Source: Octopus sinensis (taxonomy: Eukaryota). From it: a stretch of DNA of 64,000 nt. Positions within the stretch are counted from its first letter, which is position 1, and every line of letters starts with the position of its first letter. The notes under the pieces are model-generated. The model did not search any database, was not told the DNA's origin, and saw only the letters and a program-made list of their open reading frames with translations. This document shows positions 25,491-37,746 of this stretch, one piece after another. Location: contig NC_043014.1 of the NCBI RefSeq assembly GCF_006345805.1, positions 45,446,001 to 45,510,000 on the forward strand, in the 5' to 3' direction. The position numbers and the translations under genes were made by a program.

Positions 25491-25536
25491 AATAAATGGA
25501 CAAGGAACAGGTTGCTAAGCCATCTGTTGCTTGCCC

Positions 25537-25589
<53 letters not shown>

Positions 25590-25689
25590 CCTTTTTAAAA
25601 GGTTCCTACCAATAATGGTTATATTTCCATACCGAAATCTACCCGGAAATAATTGTTGATTTTGAAATTAATAATTATTTACCCTTATT

Positions 25690-25729
<40 letters not shown>

Positions 25730-26161
25730 ATATGTTTGTGTCTGTGATTGTCCCCCCCAAGATCGTTTGACAACCGATGCTGGTGTGTTTATGTCCCCGT
25801 AACTTAGTGGTTCGGCAAAAATTACTGATAGAATAAGTACTAGGCTTCCAAAGAATAAGTACTGAGGTTGAGTTGCTTGACTAAAGGTGGTGCTCCAGCA
25901 TGGCCGCAGTCAAATGACTGAAACAAGTAAAAGAGTTTGACCATGGCCATGCTGGTGGGGGTGGGGCACTTCCCTCAAAGGTTTGCACCAATTATGGTGC
26001 TTCTTCATCCCTTCTGTACTTAATCTTGCATTTATTTTATTTTGTTCTCTTGAGATATGAAACGCAAAGTAAACAGTGTTGTGTGTTTAGTCTCACACAA
26101 ATACTACAAGATACTTCTGTTTGAACAGGATGTACTTGTTCTCACCTCATGCTGATGTAAG

Positions 26162-26422
<261 letters not shown>

Positions 26423-26429
26423 TCCGCTC

Positions 26430-26640
26430 AGTTGAAGTCGACTCTCAGTGTCCTCCAGTCAGTTCTATTCCGGGCTGCTTCCTTCAGATTGGCCATGTCC
26501 ATTCCAGTATTACTCCTGATGGTGTCAAGCCAGTGGGTTCTTGGTCGGCCTCTTTCTCTCTTGCCACTGACCATTCCGAGCATGATGTCCTTCTCCAGGG
26601 ATTTTCTCCACATAATATGACTGAGATATGCCAATCTACA
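26430..26640 (-). mobile_element. RTE C-terminal fragment (second subfamily)
   Basis: Reads LAYLSHIMWRKSLEKDIMLGMVSGKRERGRPRTHWLDTI. Confidence 0.8.
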
Positions 26641-26924
26641 CACAAGAAATAAGAATGACAGGAATAAACAATTGTTATGTATTCATTAGCTTGCAGCTGT
26701 TTCTGATATAAAATGCAATGCACTCATAGTTAAGTGCATGAGTATCACCCTACAACTTCATCAGAGCTTCATAACCATTTAACATCCATACCCCATGATG
26801 GCATGTGTTGAATGGTTTGATCAGATCTGATGGACTTTGATCAGATTATGGACAACATCATGCTCCACTGTCTACTCTGGCATAGTTCCTGTGGTTGGAT
26901 GCCCTTCCTAATTCCAACTATGAT

Positions 26925-27130
26925 TTTTTTTTCTTTATTGCCCACATGGGGTTAAACAGATGGGACAAACAAGGACAGACAAAGGGGTTAAGTCCATTAC
27001 ATCGACCCCAGTGTGTAACTGGTACTTATTTAATCGACCCCGAAAGAATGAAAGGCAAAGTCGACCTCAGCAGATTTAGAACTCAGAATATAACGGCAGT
27101 TGAAATACTGCTAAGCATTTTGCCCGGCAT
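26925..27130 (-). mobile_element. SINE family B whose head runs into the adjacent minisatellite
   Basis: Body and B box match family B. Confidence 0.8.
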
Positions 27131-27730
27131 GCTAACGATTCTGCCAGCTCGTTAACGATTCTGCCAGCTCGCTAATGATTCTGCCAGCTCGCTAACGATT
27201 CTGCCAGCTCACTAACCATTCTGCCAGCTCGCTAACGATTCTGCCAGCTCGCTAACGATTCTGCCAGCTCGCTAACAATTTTGTCAGCTCGCTAACGATT
27301 CTGCCAGCTTGATAAGGATTCTGCCAGCTTGCTAATGATTCTGCCAGCTTGATAAGGATTCTGCCAGCTTGCTAATGATTCTGTCAGCTCGCTAACGATT
27401 CTGTCAGCTCGGTAACGATTCTGCCAGCTCGCTAACGATTCTGCCAGCTCGCTAACGATTCTGCCAGCTCGCTAACGATTCTGCCAGCTCGCTAACGATT
27501 CTGCCAGCTTGCTAACGATTCTGCCAGCTCGCTAACAATTCTACTAGCTTGCTAACGATTTTGCCAGCTTGATAAGGATTCTGCCAGCTCGCTAACGATT
27601 CTGCCAGCTCGCTAACGATTCTGCCAGCTCGCTAACGATTCTGCCAGCTCGATAAGGATTCTGGCAGCTCGCTAACAATTCTGCCAGCTCACTAACGATT
27701 CTGCCAGCTCATTAACGATTCTGCCAGCTC
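27131..27730 (-). repeat. 20-bp minisatellite (30 units) of the SINE B A-box region
   Basis: Unit GCTAACGATTCTGCCAGCTC is the reverse complement of the SINE head GAGCTGGCAGAATCGTTAGC. Confidence 0.95.
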
Positions 27731-27974
27731 TATGATTTAAGGCAGACCTGTCTCTTGAGTCTGTTGGACTTTAATGATCCATTGGAAAGTCAAACAGTTG
27801 TCTCTATTTATCACACTTTTGCACAAGTTAAATATTGATCGATTGATTGATTGGCATATCAAGAAAACGGCTGTGGCTCATTGATAAAGCTTCTAGATTG
27901 ATTACCGTCTCGACTCTTCTGTCTTTTTTTTTTCTTTTTCGTTTTTTTTAAAATTTTGAATACAGGAAAACTTA

Positions 27975-28350
27975 GATAAATGTTGCTGCATCCCGACCAA
28001 CAACCACCATGACCACTACCACCACCACTGCCGCCGCCACCATCACTGCCACCACAACAATAACAGCGTCCACCACCACCTTCATTACTATAGTTGTCTT
28101 TATCATCATTATCATCATCATCATCACAATTACCACCACCTCCATTACCACCACCTCCATAATCACCACCACCACTGCCACCACTACTATGTCCACCAAG
28201 ATCACCATCACTATTGCCAACATTACTACAGTTATCATCATCATCATCATCATTATTGTCGACATTGTCCTTTCCATTGTCAGGATTATCTTCATTACAG
28301 CTACCACTATCAACGTCACTATTATCGCCATCATCATTATCATCACTGTT
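27975..28350. repeat. Degenerate trinucleotide (CAC/CAT) low-complexity tract
   Basis: Open in several frames on both strands, typical of a decayed microsatellite. Confidence 0.85.
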
Positions 28351-28654
28351 ATCAATCAAAGCCTTGTGAATATATTTAGTGGACAGAAACTGAAAGAAGC
28401 CCATTGTGTGTGTGTGTGTGTGGTGAATAAATAATACCAATTTTCCAGTTTCCTGTTTTGTTTTACAATAACTCTGCAAATAATGTTTCCCTAGTTCTCA
28501 ATTTTAATGTGTGTTTTGAACTAGCATACAGCAGCAACTGAGACTACATAAATGGATTGTAATGATGGAATAAGCAGATGTGCTTCAAGAGGAAACAGCT
28601 GTGATTTGCCCTAAACACTTACACAATATATGCATGCGTGTGTGTATATATATA

Positions 28655-29060
28655 CTCTTTTACTCTTTTACTTGTTTCAGTCATGTGACTGTGGTCATGC
28701 TGGAGCACCGCCTTTAGTCGATCAAATCGACCACGGGACTTATTCTTTGTAAGCCTAGTACTTATTTTATCGGTCTCTTTTTTGCCAAACCGCTAAGTTA
28801 CGGGGACGTAAACACACCAGCATCGGTTGTCAAGCGATGTTGGGGGGACAAACAGACACACAAACATGCACACACATACATATATATATATATATACGAC
28901 GGGCTTCTTTCAGTTTCCGTCTACCAAATCCACTCACAAGGCTTTGGTCGGCCCGAGGCTATAGTAGAAGACACTTACCCAAGGTGCCACACAGTGGGAC
29001 TGAACCTGGAACCATGTGGTTCGTAAGCAAGCTACTTACCACACAGCCACTCCTACGTAT
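28655..29060 (-). mobile_element. SINE family A
   Basis: Full-length match. Confidence 0.85.
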
Positions 29061-29067
29061 ATATACG

Positions 29068-29121
<54 letters not shown>

Positions 29122-29889
29122 GTATGTATGTATGAATATAAAAATGAAAAGGATTAATAAGGGATTAGTAATCCAGGCAAAATACTTCATAAGCTCTCCA
29201 TAGATAAAGATGTACTAAGCTAACAAATGTGTCTTGTGATTGATGTGGGAATCTATGTAATCTGAACTCAAACCTTGTCACCAGTCAGATTTCTAAATCT
29301 GTGGTCTAGTTACCAAGTCAAATTGGTATGTTGCTATGGAGAGTTATAGAAAATACATACAGATTAAATGTATGAATCCATGATCTGTGCATATTTTGTG
29401 TGTGTGTATGAATGTAAGTATGTGTATGTTTGTGTCTCCTTATCTTGGCGTTATACGAAAGCAGTAAATGAATGTCAGTGAGAAAGGATCTTCTGGTATT
29501 GGGCTTCATGGAAGAGATGACAAGGTATTGAGACTTCTGGGGTTTGCTGTGCTCGAGTAGACATGTGAAGCTAAGTAAAACTGTGGCTGTCCATACATTC
29601 GGGTATGTTCTCTTTGTCCCTCTCTCTGCCGAGAGGTCTTTCCATTGAGGATATAGGGGTGCTGGTGCCACATAAAGGCGCCCATGTTGGTACCATGTAA
29701 AAGCATCTGTGCTGGTGTCTCATAAAAGCTCCCGTACAGATGCCATATAAAAGCACTTCTCTTTGTCCCTCTTTCAGCCAAGAGGTCCTTCCCTTGAGGG
29801 CAAAGGGGTGCTGGTGCCACATAAAGGCGTTCATGTTGGTACCATGTAAAAGCATCCATGCTGGTGCTGCATAAAAGCGCCTGTACCAA

Positions 29890-30650
29890 TCACCATCATT
29901 GTTTAACTTCCGTTTTCCATGCTGGCATGGGTTAGATGGTTTCACTGGGGGACTGGCAAGCCAGTATGCTGCGCCAGGCTCCAATCTGATCTGGCAAGGT
30001 TTCTACAACTGGATGCCCTCCCTAACGCCAACCACTCCGAGAGTGTAGTGGGTGCTTTTTACGTGTCACTGGCACAGGAGCCAGTCAGGTGGCACTGGCT
30101 TCAATCACATTCAGATGGTGCTTTTTATGTGCCACCGGCATAGGAGCCAGTCAGGTGGGTGGGTGGTCTGGCATTGACTGCTTTTTACATGCTACCGTCA
30201 CCGGGAGCCAGTCAGGTGGCACTGGCATCGACCCACACTTGAATGGTGCTTATTACATGCCACCAGGACGGCCGCCAGTCAGGCGGCACTGGCATCGGCC
30301 ACAACTACAATTTCCATTTTAATTTCAATCTTGATTTGCTTTTGATTTTGATTTTTGGTTTTACTTGACTCAATAAGTCTTCTCAAGCGCAGCGTATCGC
30401 CTGGTGATTCAAGGGTACTTTTAAAATGGGCTGGTTATGCGACACTGGTATAGGTTACGGCTGTGATGTCATGTAAAAAGCACCCGGTACACTCTGTAAA
30501 GTAGTTGGTATTAGAAAGGGCATCTAGCTGTAGAAACCGTGCCAAAATAGACAATTGGCACCTGGGCAGCTCCGTAGCTGGCCAGTTCTAATCAAACCAT
30601 CCACCCGATGCCAGCATGGAAAGCTGACATTAAATGATGATGATGATGAT
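29890..30650. mobile_element. Two RTE-tail repeats in opposite orientation
   Basis: CCATGCTGGCATGG tail on the minus strand at ~29900 and on the plus strand at ~30610. Confidence 0.65.
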
Positions 30651-31367
30651 GGTGATTGTCATATAAGCAGTTTCATTCATTTCCAATATTCTGCAAAGAC
30701 ATGTCAAACTGTGGGGAAACATTATCCTGCTTGGAAACAAGTGGAGGTTGGCATCTGACCATAGAAAATCTTCCTCAGTAAACTTCATCAGAGCCATGCA
30801 AAGAATGGGAAAATGTATGTTAAAACGATGACGATGATAATTTCTTGGATGACATAGTTCTCTCTTAGCTATTACCTCAAACTGGATGTCAAGGCTGGAA
30901 TGGCTTTGAATGTAATTCTGCACAGTCATCATCGTCGTCGTTATTGTCATCATCATCATTGTCATTATTGTCATTGTCATCATCTTTGTAGTTGTCATTT
31001 TCATCATCATCATCATTACCACCATCAACATCACCACCTTGTTCTCTTCATCATCATCATCATCATTACTATCATTGACATCTCCCTTCCAACACCAACC
31101 ACAACACCATGATGAGTTAACAAGGTAGCCTCTTAATGGTGGTGCAGCATGCTAGAAATAGCAGCATCTAAAATCTACCAAATAGCAAATTCTGCAGCCT
31201 TAAAAGAAGGCAGATATATTTGATAATAACTGATATATACTGCCAACAGAAAATATGTCATGGTCATGGCTGGTATGTCGTTTATGATAGGTGTGCTCAG
31301 TCAGGGCTAGCCTAGGGCTAAATAGCCTCCACCACCACGGAATGATATACAACAAACTATATATATA

Positions 31368-31780
31368 TACTCTTTTACTCTTTTACTTGTTTCAGTCATT
31401 TGACTGCGGCCATGCTGGAGCACCGCCTTTAATCGAGCAACTCGACCCCGGGACTTATTCTTTTGTAAGCCCAGTACTTATTCTATCGGTCTCTTTTGCC
31501 GAACCGCTAAGTAACGGGGACATAAACACACCAGCATCGGTTGTCAAGCAATGCTAGGGGGACAAACACATTCACACAAACACACACACACATATATATA
31601 TATATACATATATACGACGGGCTTCTTTCAGTTTCCGGCTACCAAATCCACTCACAAGGCTTTGGTCGGCCCGAGGCTATAGTAGAAGACACTTGCCCAA
31701 GGTGCCACGCAGTGGGACTGAACCCGGAACCATGTGGCTGGTAAACAAGCTACTTACCACACAGCCACTCCTGCGCCTAT
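31368..31780 (-). mobile_element. SINE family A
   Basis: Full-length match. Confidence 0.85.
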
Positions 31781-32284
31781 ATATATATGTTTTATGTATT
31801 TTTTATTTATTTTATTTTTTTGTTTTTAGAATTTATCTTAGAAAATGATAGGAAAAATAAATCGTGTTGAAACGCATAGAAATTGCTGTATTCACCAAAT
31901 CATTGCGATTCTGAGACAACACTTTAATGAATGAAATGGGGAAAAAAACCGATGTCTTATGTGTTTTGAATAATTTTAAGCATTAATTTCTATTCAAAAC
32001 AAGTCACCGGTGAAACGATTCAAAGGAAAATATCAAATAATAATAATAATAATAATAATAATAATCTTTCATTTTACTTTATTATTTTCTTTTCTTAACT
32101 ATCAGATTTTTCCTGTAAACACAGACTGTTTATTTAATGTAAAATATAAATGTCTTTGAGATCTACTTGCGTTTCTCAAAAAATAGATAAGTAGTCAGCA
32201 TTTTGTGAACCCAAACTTGGTGACTCTGCTAAGGTAATATTTACAGCACCAGTCCTAGCAGAGAAGCATCCCTTGAATTTCTTG

Positions 32285-32286
32285 TC

Positions 32287-32317
<31 letters not shown>

Positions 32318-32650
32318 TGTTTAGCGTCCGCTTTCCATGCTAGCATGGGTTGGACGGTTCAACTGGGGTCTGGGAAGCCAGAAGGCTGCACCAGGCCCAG
32401 TCTGATCTGGCAGTGTTTCTACGGCTGGATGCCCTTCCAAATGCCAACCACTCCATGAGTGTAGTGGGTGATTTTTACGTGCCACTGGCACAGGTGCCAG
32501 TGAGGCTGGCAAACGGCCACGATCGGATGGTGATTTTTACGTGCCACCGGCACGAGGCCAGTCGGAGCAGCGCTGGCAACGGCCACGTTCGGATGGTTCT
32601 CTTACGTGCCACCGGCACTGGTATCACAGCTGCAATTTCCATTGATGTTG
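32285..32650 (-). mobile_element. RTE-tail repeat
   Basis: Same tail and body as 6495-6850. Confidence 0.8.
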
Positions 32651-33489
32651 GTTGGAAACCCATTCTCTTATATTGGTTTCAAATTTTGGGGAGAAGATAT
32701 GTCGATTACATTGACCTCCCCACCGAGTCTTCAAGTGGTACTTATTTTTTCAACCCCGAAAGGATGAAAGGCAAAGTCAACCCTGGCAGAATTTGAACTG
32801 AGAGCATAAAGAAGGGTGAAAAACCCCTTAGCATTTTGCCTGGCATGCTAATGATACTGACTGCCAGCTTGCTCCCTTAACACATTCTCTCATATTGGCG
32901 TCAAATTTTGGCACAAGGCCAGCAATTTCAGTAAGGGAACAAGTCGAATACATGAACACCCAATTCCTTAATTGCTACTTATTTTATCAACCCCAAAAAG
33001 GGTGAAATGCAAAACATCCACTTCGGCAGAACTTGAATTCAGAGCACAGAGACAGGCGAAATGATGCTAGGCAAATTGCCTGGTGTGCTAATGATTCTGC
33101 CAGCTTGCTGCCTTAACCCATTGTTTCACATTGCCAGGACCTCTCTGTGTGTGAAAAACATGAAACAAGGAGCCAATGTGGGAAACCTGTATGTCGTGTT
33201 GCTCAGTCTGCAAGATTTTGGTGCATACACTTCTTTGGTAACCAGTCATCGTAGCACTCCGTCGGTGATGATAAGGGTTCCAGTTGATCCGATCAACGGA
33301 ACAGCCTGCTTGTGCACACAATCCATTCCTCTTAAGTCACCGTAGAAAATGTGGATTTACTGTTCATGTTTCATAGCCATGTACTGTCGCACTTTTTATG
33401 ATATATATATTCTTTTATTCTTTTACTCATTTCAGTCATGCAGCTGTGGTCATGCTGGAGCACCACCACACACGCATATATATATATAT

Positions 33490-33875
33490 ACTCTCTTGTT
33501 TCAGTCTTGTGACTGTGGCCATGCTGGAGCACCGCCTTTAGTCAAGCAAATGATCCCAGGACTTATTCTTTGGAAGCCTAGTACTTATTCTATCGGTCTC
33601 TTTTGCCGAACTGCTAAGTTACGGGGACGTAAACACACTGGCATCGGTTGTCAAGCGATGTTGGGGGGACAAACACATACACACGCATACATATATATAT
33701 ATACATATATATATACGACGGGCTTCTTTCAGTTTCCGTCTACCAAATCCACTCACAAGGCTTTGGTCAACCCGAGGCTATAGTAGAAGTCACTTGGCCA
33801 AGGTGCCATGCAGTGGGGCTGAACCCGGAACCATGTGGTTGGTAAGCAAGCTACTTACCACACAGCCACTCCTAC
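33490..33875 (-). mobile_element. SINE family A
   Basis: Full-length match. Confidence 0.85.
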
Positions 33876-34705
33876 ATATATATATATATAAGGCAACTGC
33901 CTCGATACTGTTAGGTTGTTGTTTTCTATTTAACTAAACCCTTGCACTTAACAATTCTAACTTCTACTAATCCTTTAGCTTCGATCCTTCTTTGCCAAGT
34001 TTCAAAATACTGTGGGTTTGCTTGTTTTTTTCTTTTCAGATTCTTTATAATCTACTTAGCCAAGGGAATAATTAACTTGTCTTCTTGAACTTGATAAAAT
34101 TCAATATTTCTGAAAATAGTCTTTCAAAGCCCTGCTAAATCTTTCCTTCTCTTCATTACATTACATTAATGGTTTTATTTACTATTTTTTTTGCTTGATT
34201 TTTCGCTGTTATATTGTAACATTTCTCTTCTTCCATTAGGCGACCACTTTTGTTTAATTCAGCTTGATCTGGCTCAAAACATCCCATTCATTCGTTCAGG
34301 CAACAACTTCTCTTAGTAATATTTCCCTACTTGTTTCTTTGCATTAAGTGCAATAACATCCAAAATAATTTCAGACACGACTTCCCAACCATTATGGCAT
34401 GAAAGCAAAATGCAAATTGGTGGGAATCTATGAATGGCAAGATAAAATTTGGAGAGATATTTACAGATAAGCAATAAGCATAATGTTAAATTTTGATTAC
34501 AGGTTAAGCAAAAGGATATCATTTGATCTCAGTTAACAGCAAAACAATTTACTTTAGTTGCATTTAATAGCAAAATGATCTTCTCCAGTTGTAAATAAGG
34601 CAAAATGTATTTCCTTTGTGATTAAGGCAAAATTGTGTATTCTTGTTGCTGTTAAACCTTTTGTTACCATATTTCTGTTGAAATACACTCCCTTTGTTTC
34701 AGTTA

Positions 34706-35218
34706 CCGTAAATCCTTGAGTATAATCTGCATTTTCCCCCCAAAATTTAAAGGTCAAAATCCCTAGTGCATACTATATACGAGGTTAAAAATGAAAATTA
34801 TTTTCTAAGCAATGTCTGAGTCTCTATTTGCTGTCCGGCAATGTTTATTCAGACGCATTTTGTGATGTCAGGCGCGAAAATACCTTAAGCTAAGCTTGAA
34901 AGCAATGAGGAATCATCTATAACTTGCAGTAAGCAACATTTATTAAAATAAAAGTATTCGGAACACAGAATAATATGTAACAAAAACAATTTGCAAACAT
35001 ATTTACATTCCCATATAACAGTTAAGAACATCACCATTATTGTATTACGCATGCATGGAAGTGTTTGTTCGACTAGGTGCTGCTGGCTTAATTACACACG
35101 ACTCAATTTAGACAAGGGGTGCATATTATACACAAGGTTTAGGTTTTTCAGAGGTACAACCCCCTAAAAATCCCCTGCGTATTATACTCAAGGGCAGACT
35201 ATACTCGAGGATATACGG
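34706..35218. mobile_element. Tc2/pogo-like MITE
   Basis: TA-CCGTAAATCCTTGAGTATA ... TATACTCGAGGATATACGG-TA: TIRs with a TA TSD. Confidence 0.8.
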
Positions 35219-35338
35219 TAATTATGAAATTAATAAAGATTTTAGTATAATAACTTTGCCCTTAATAAACTGGTGCTGGGAACACAAATAAACATGAAAT
35301 TTCGAGTAAAGGTTTTAATTTTGATCACTTTAAGACAG

Positions 35339-35906
35339 GAATTTTGTATCAAAGAACCAGGATTGGTGTCTGGTAGGTTGATAACAAAAGAGATAAAACA
35401 AAAGGGTTCACTCTGGTTAAAGTTAACACAAAGGCATTGGAAAATATTTTTGTCCATTATATATTATAAGATGAAATTTTATACAGATGAAGCAAAAATT
35501 AAATAAAAAGAAATGTTGTTACAATGTTATGTATCGTTAACACACATATATATATATACAGTGATATGTAAGGGAAATTAAATAGATATCTTATAGCCAG
35601 GCCATAGAAATAGCAGGAGTGTCTGATATTTTTACCAAATATAGACATAATGCATTCACACAGCATGTCTTATATATTTATCTGTGGGACTCTCTGCATA
35701 TTTGTTGATAGATGTAGATGTGTGTAAGTGTGAACTGCAGTATGTTTTTTATTTTTATTTGTTTTTATGTGTCTGTTTATGAGTGAGTCTATATATCTTT
35801 ATATAGATGGATGCCCGATTATTTATGTATGTATGGATTTTTGTGAATATATATATGTTTGGATGAGTGCAGATGGTGCTTGTAGATATTTATGCTGGTG
35901 AATGTT

Positions 35907-35937
<31 letters not shown>

Positions 35938-37061
35938 TTGGATGTGTGTGTAAGCAACAAGTCCAGTCTTAAGTGCTCATAAATCAAAGAGTGGTTTATT
36001 TAAATGCAGCCAAAGGGAGATATATGTATCTTTCTATCCCATCATTTACCATGACCCACAGAATTACAGTTTTATGTAGCACTGATAAAGTATATTATAG
36101 GCTTTCTGAATAATTCCAAACTGGCAAGACAGGCATTTATCAGGTAAATGTTAAAGAAACGTAAACATGGTCTTTATAGAACAGGAAGAAAGCATTAATC
36201 ATTAGTATTTCTTCCAGACATGTCTGTGAGTTTAAGACGATTATCGATTAGGTTGAAATCTTCAGAATCCCTTCCTCCCAAAACCAACCCTACTTTTCTC
36301 TAATAATGTATTGATTTTTATTTTATTTTATTTTATTTTATTTTATTTTATTTATTTTTGTGTGTGTCAACCAGACACAAGGCCAGTTTTGTAAGTGTAT
36401 GTGTGATTATAATTAAAATGAACCAAGTACGTTACTGTTATTGACTCTGTCTCTGGAAGAGTGTAAAGCAAAGCCAATTCTCTGCGGGATTTGTGTGTAG
36501 AATGTAGCAAGATCACATGTATAATGACAATAATAACCATAACCACTAATAACTCTTTCCTTTCATAAAAGCTCAACGTTTATGAGTTACCCAGTTTTTA
36601 AAAATTCATTTATTTATTTGTATTTCACACCTCTTTTCATGCTAGCATGGGTATGATGGGTTTGCAATTTCCTAGAACAAATTATTTTCATTCTTTTTAG
36701 TTTCCTTTTTGTTTTTACTATAGGATATTTAAAAAATTTTCTTATACCAGTCATTTTATCATGAAATGAAACTGCTATCAGTTTTTTTTTTTGAAACTGC
36801 TGGGTGCCTGTTTGGAGCCGTTTATATTTGGTAGCATTTCTCACTCCACCTGACTAGATTGCAATCTAGTTTTGGCAGTTTGATTACTTAGATAGATTTG
36901 GAGTTTGTTTTTCAGTCAATTAAACTATGCTAATGATCTACATTCGATGTATGTAGACCATTACCTTTTTTAGCAACAGATATTTTCTGATGAATTCCAT
37001 AACTGTTTAAACAAACTTTAGATTACAAGAGCAATTTTTTTGCTATCTGTCTGGTATCTGA
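35339..37061 (+). CDS. Candidate 3' exons of an unidentified gene (35339-35372, 36080-36143, 36218-36225, 36375-36390, 36916-36948, 37022-37061)
   Basis: AG acceptors and donors GTAGGT, GTAAAT, GTGAGT, GTAAGT and GTATGT. The phases join to an open frame EFCIKEPGLVSALIKYIIGFLNNSKLARQAFIRHVYTRPVFQLNYANDLHSILQEQFFCYLSGI*. Hand-assembled; no homology recognised. Confidence 0.35.
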
Positions 37062-37102
37062 AGAAAAAGTAGAGCTACTGCTCCATCCTCAAAATATGTA
37101 AA

Positions 37103-37627
37103 CCCTTTAGCATTTAAACTGGTTATATCTAGCCAAAATATTCCATTTGTTTTATTATGTTCAAGCTGGCCAGATCCAGCCTCTCACACTTATCATGCAA
37201 TGTCATTCTAAAAATAAACAGTCACATCATCAAAATCCCAAAGCCATGAGATAATACAGGATCAAGTCAAAGCAATGCGAATGAAGCATTATCTTTATAT
37301 ATAAAACTGAAGTTGTGTGTGTGTCTGTCTACTCCGATTTAGATTCCTAACTACTCCCACATTTTGCGGTGCAGTTTAACCAAAAGCGGGTATCTTATAG
37401 TCGTGATTCATTTTGAGCCCTTCTGGGTATTAGCACGCGTCTACAATGAGTCTACGATTTAAAAAAAAATTTACCATAATTTTTCCACATTTTTAACGCA
37501 TTTTTTGCTCGGTTTATATAAGGGAAGTAACTCTCTAAAAATGCTTATATAGTTATTTCCCTTACAAACCTGAGCAACGCCGGGCGATACTGCTAGTATT
37601 TGATACAATAATATGAATGCCGAAGGG
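37103..37627. mobile_element. piggyBac-like MITE interrupted by a Helitron
   Basis: CCCTTTAGCATT ... AATGCCGAAGGG-TTAA. A related copy is at ~46950-47120 (minus) and a fragment at ~85-230. Confidence 0.55.
37292..37596 (+). mobile_element. Non-autonomous Helitron
   Basis: A|TC ... CCTGAGCAACGCCGGG ... CTAG|T; near-identical to 1571-1880. Confidence 0.8.
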
Positions 37628-37746
37628 TTAAACGTTTAATATTTCCAACACTTGGATTCTAAAAAACGCTTTGAAGTTTCAGAGTTTGGATGCTTGTAGA
37701 TATTTAGCTCAGTCTTGCTGGAAGATTTAAATAGGAGAAGAAGAGA

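Noticed and set aside
27859-28479. Gly/Asp-rich 206-aa ORF resembling a structural protein
   Set aside because: A degenerate trinucleotide tract open in several frames, beginning inside a SINE fragment, with no splice signals.
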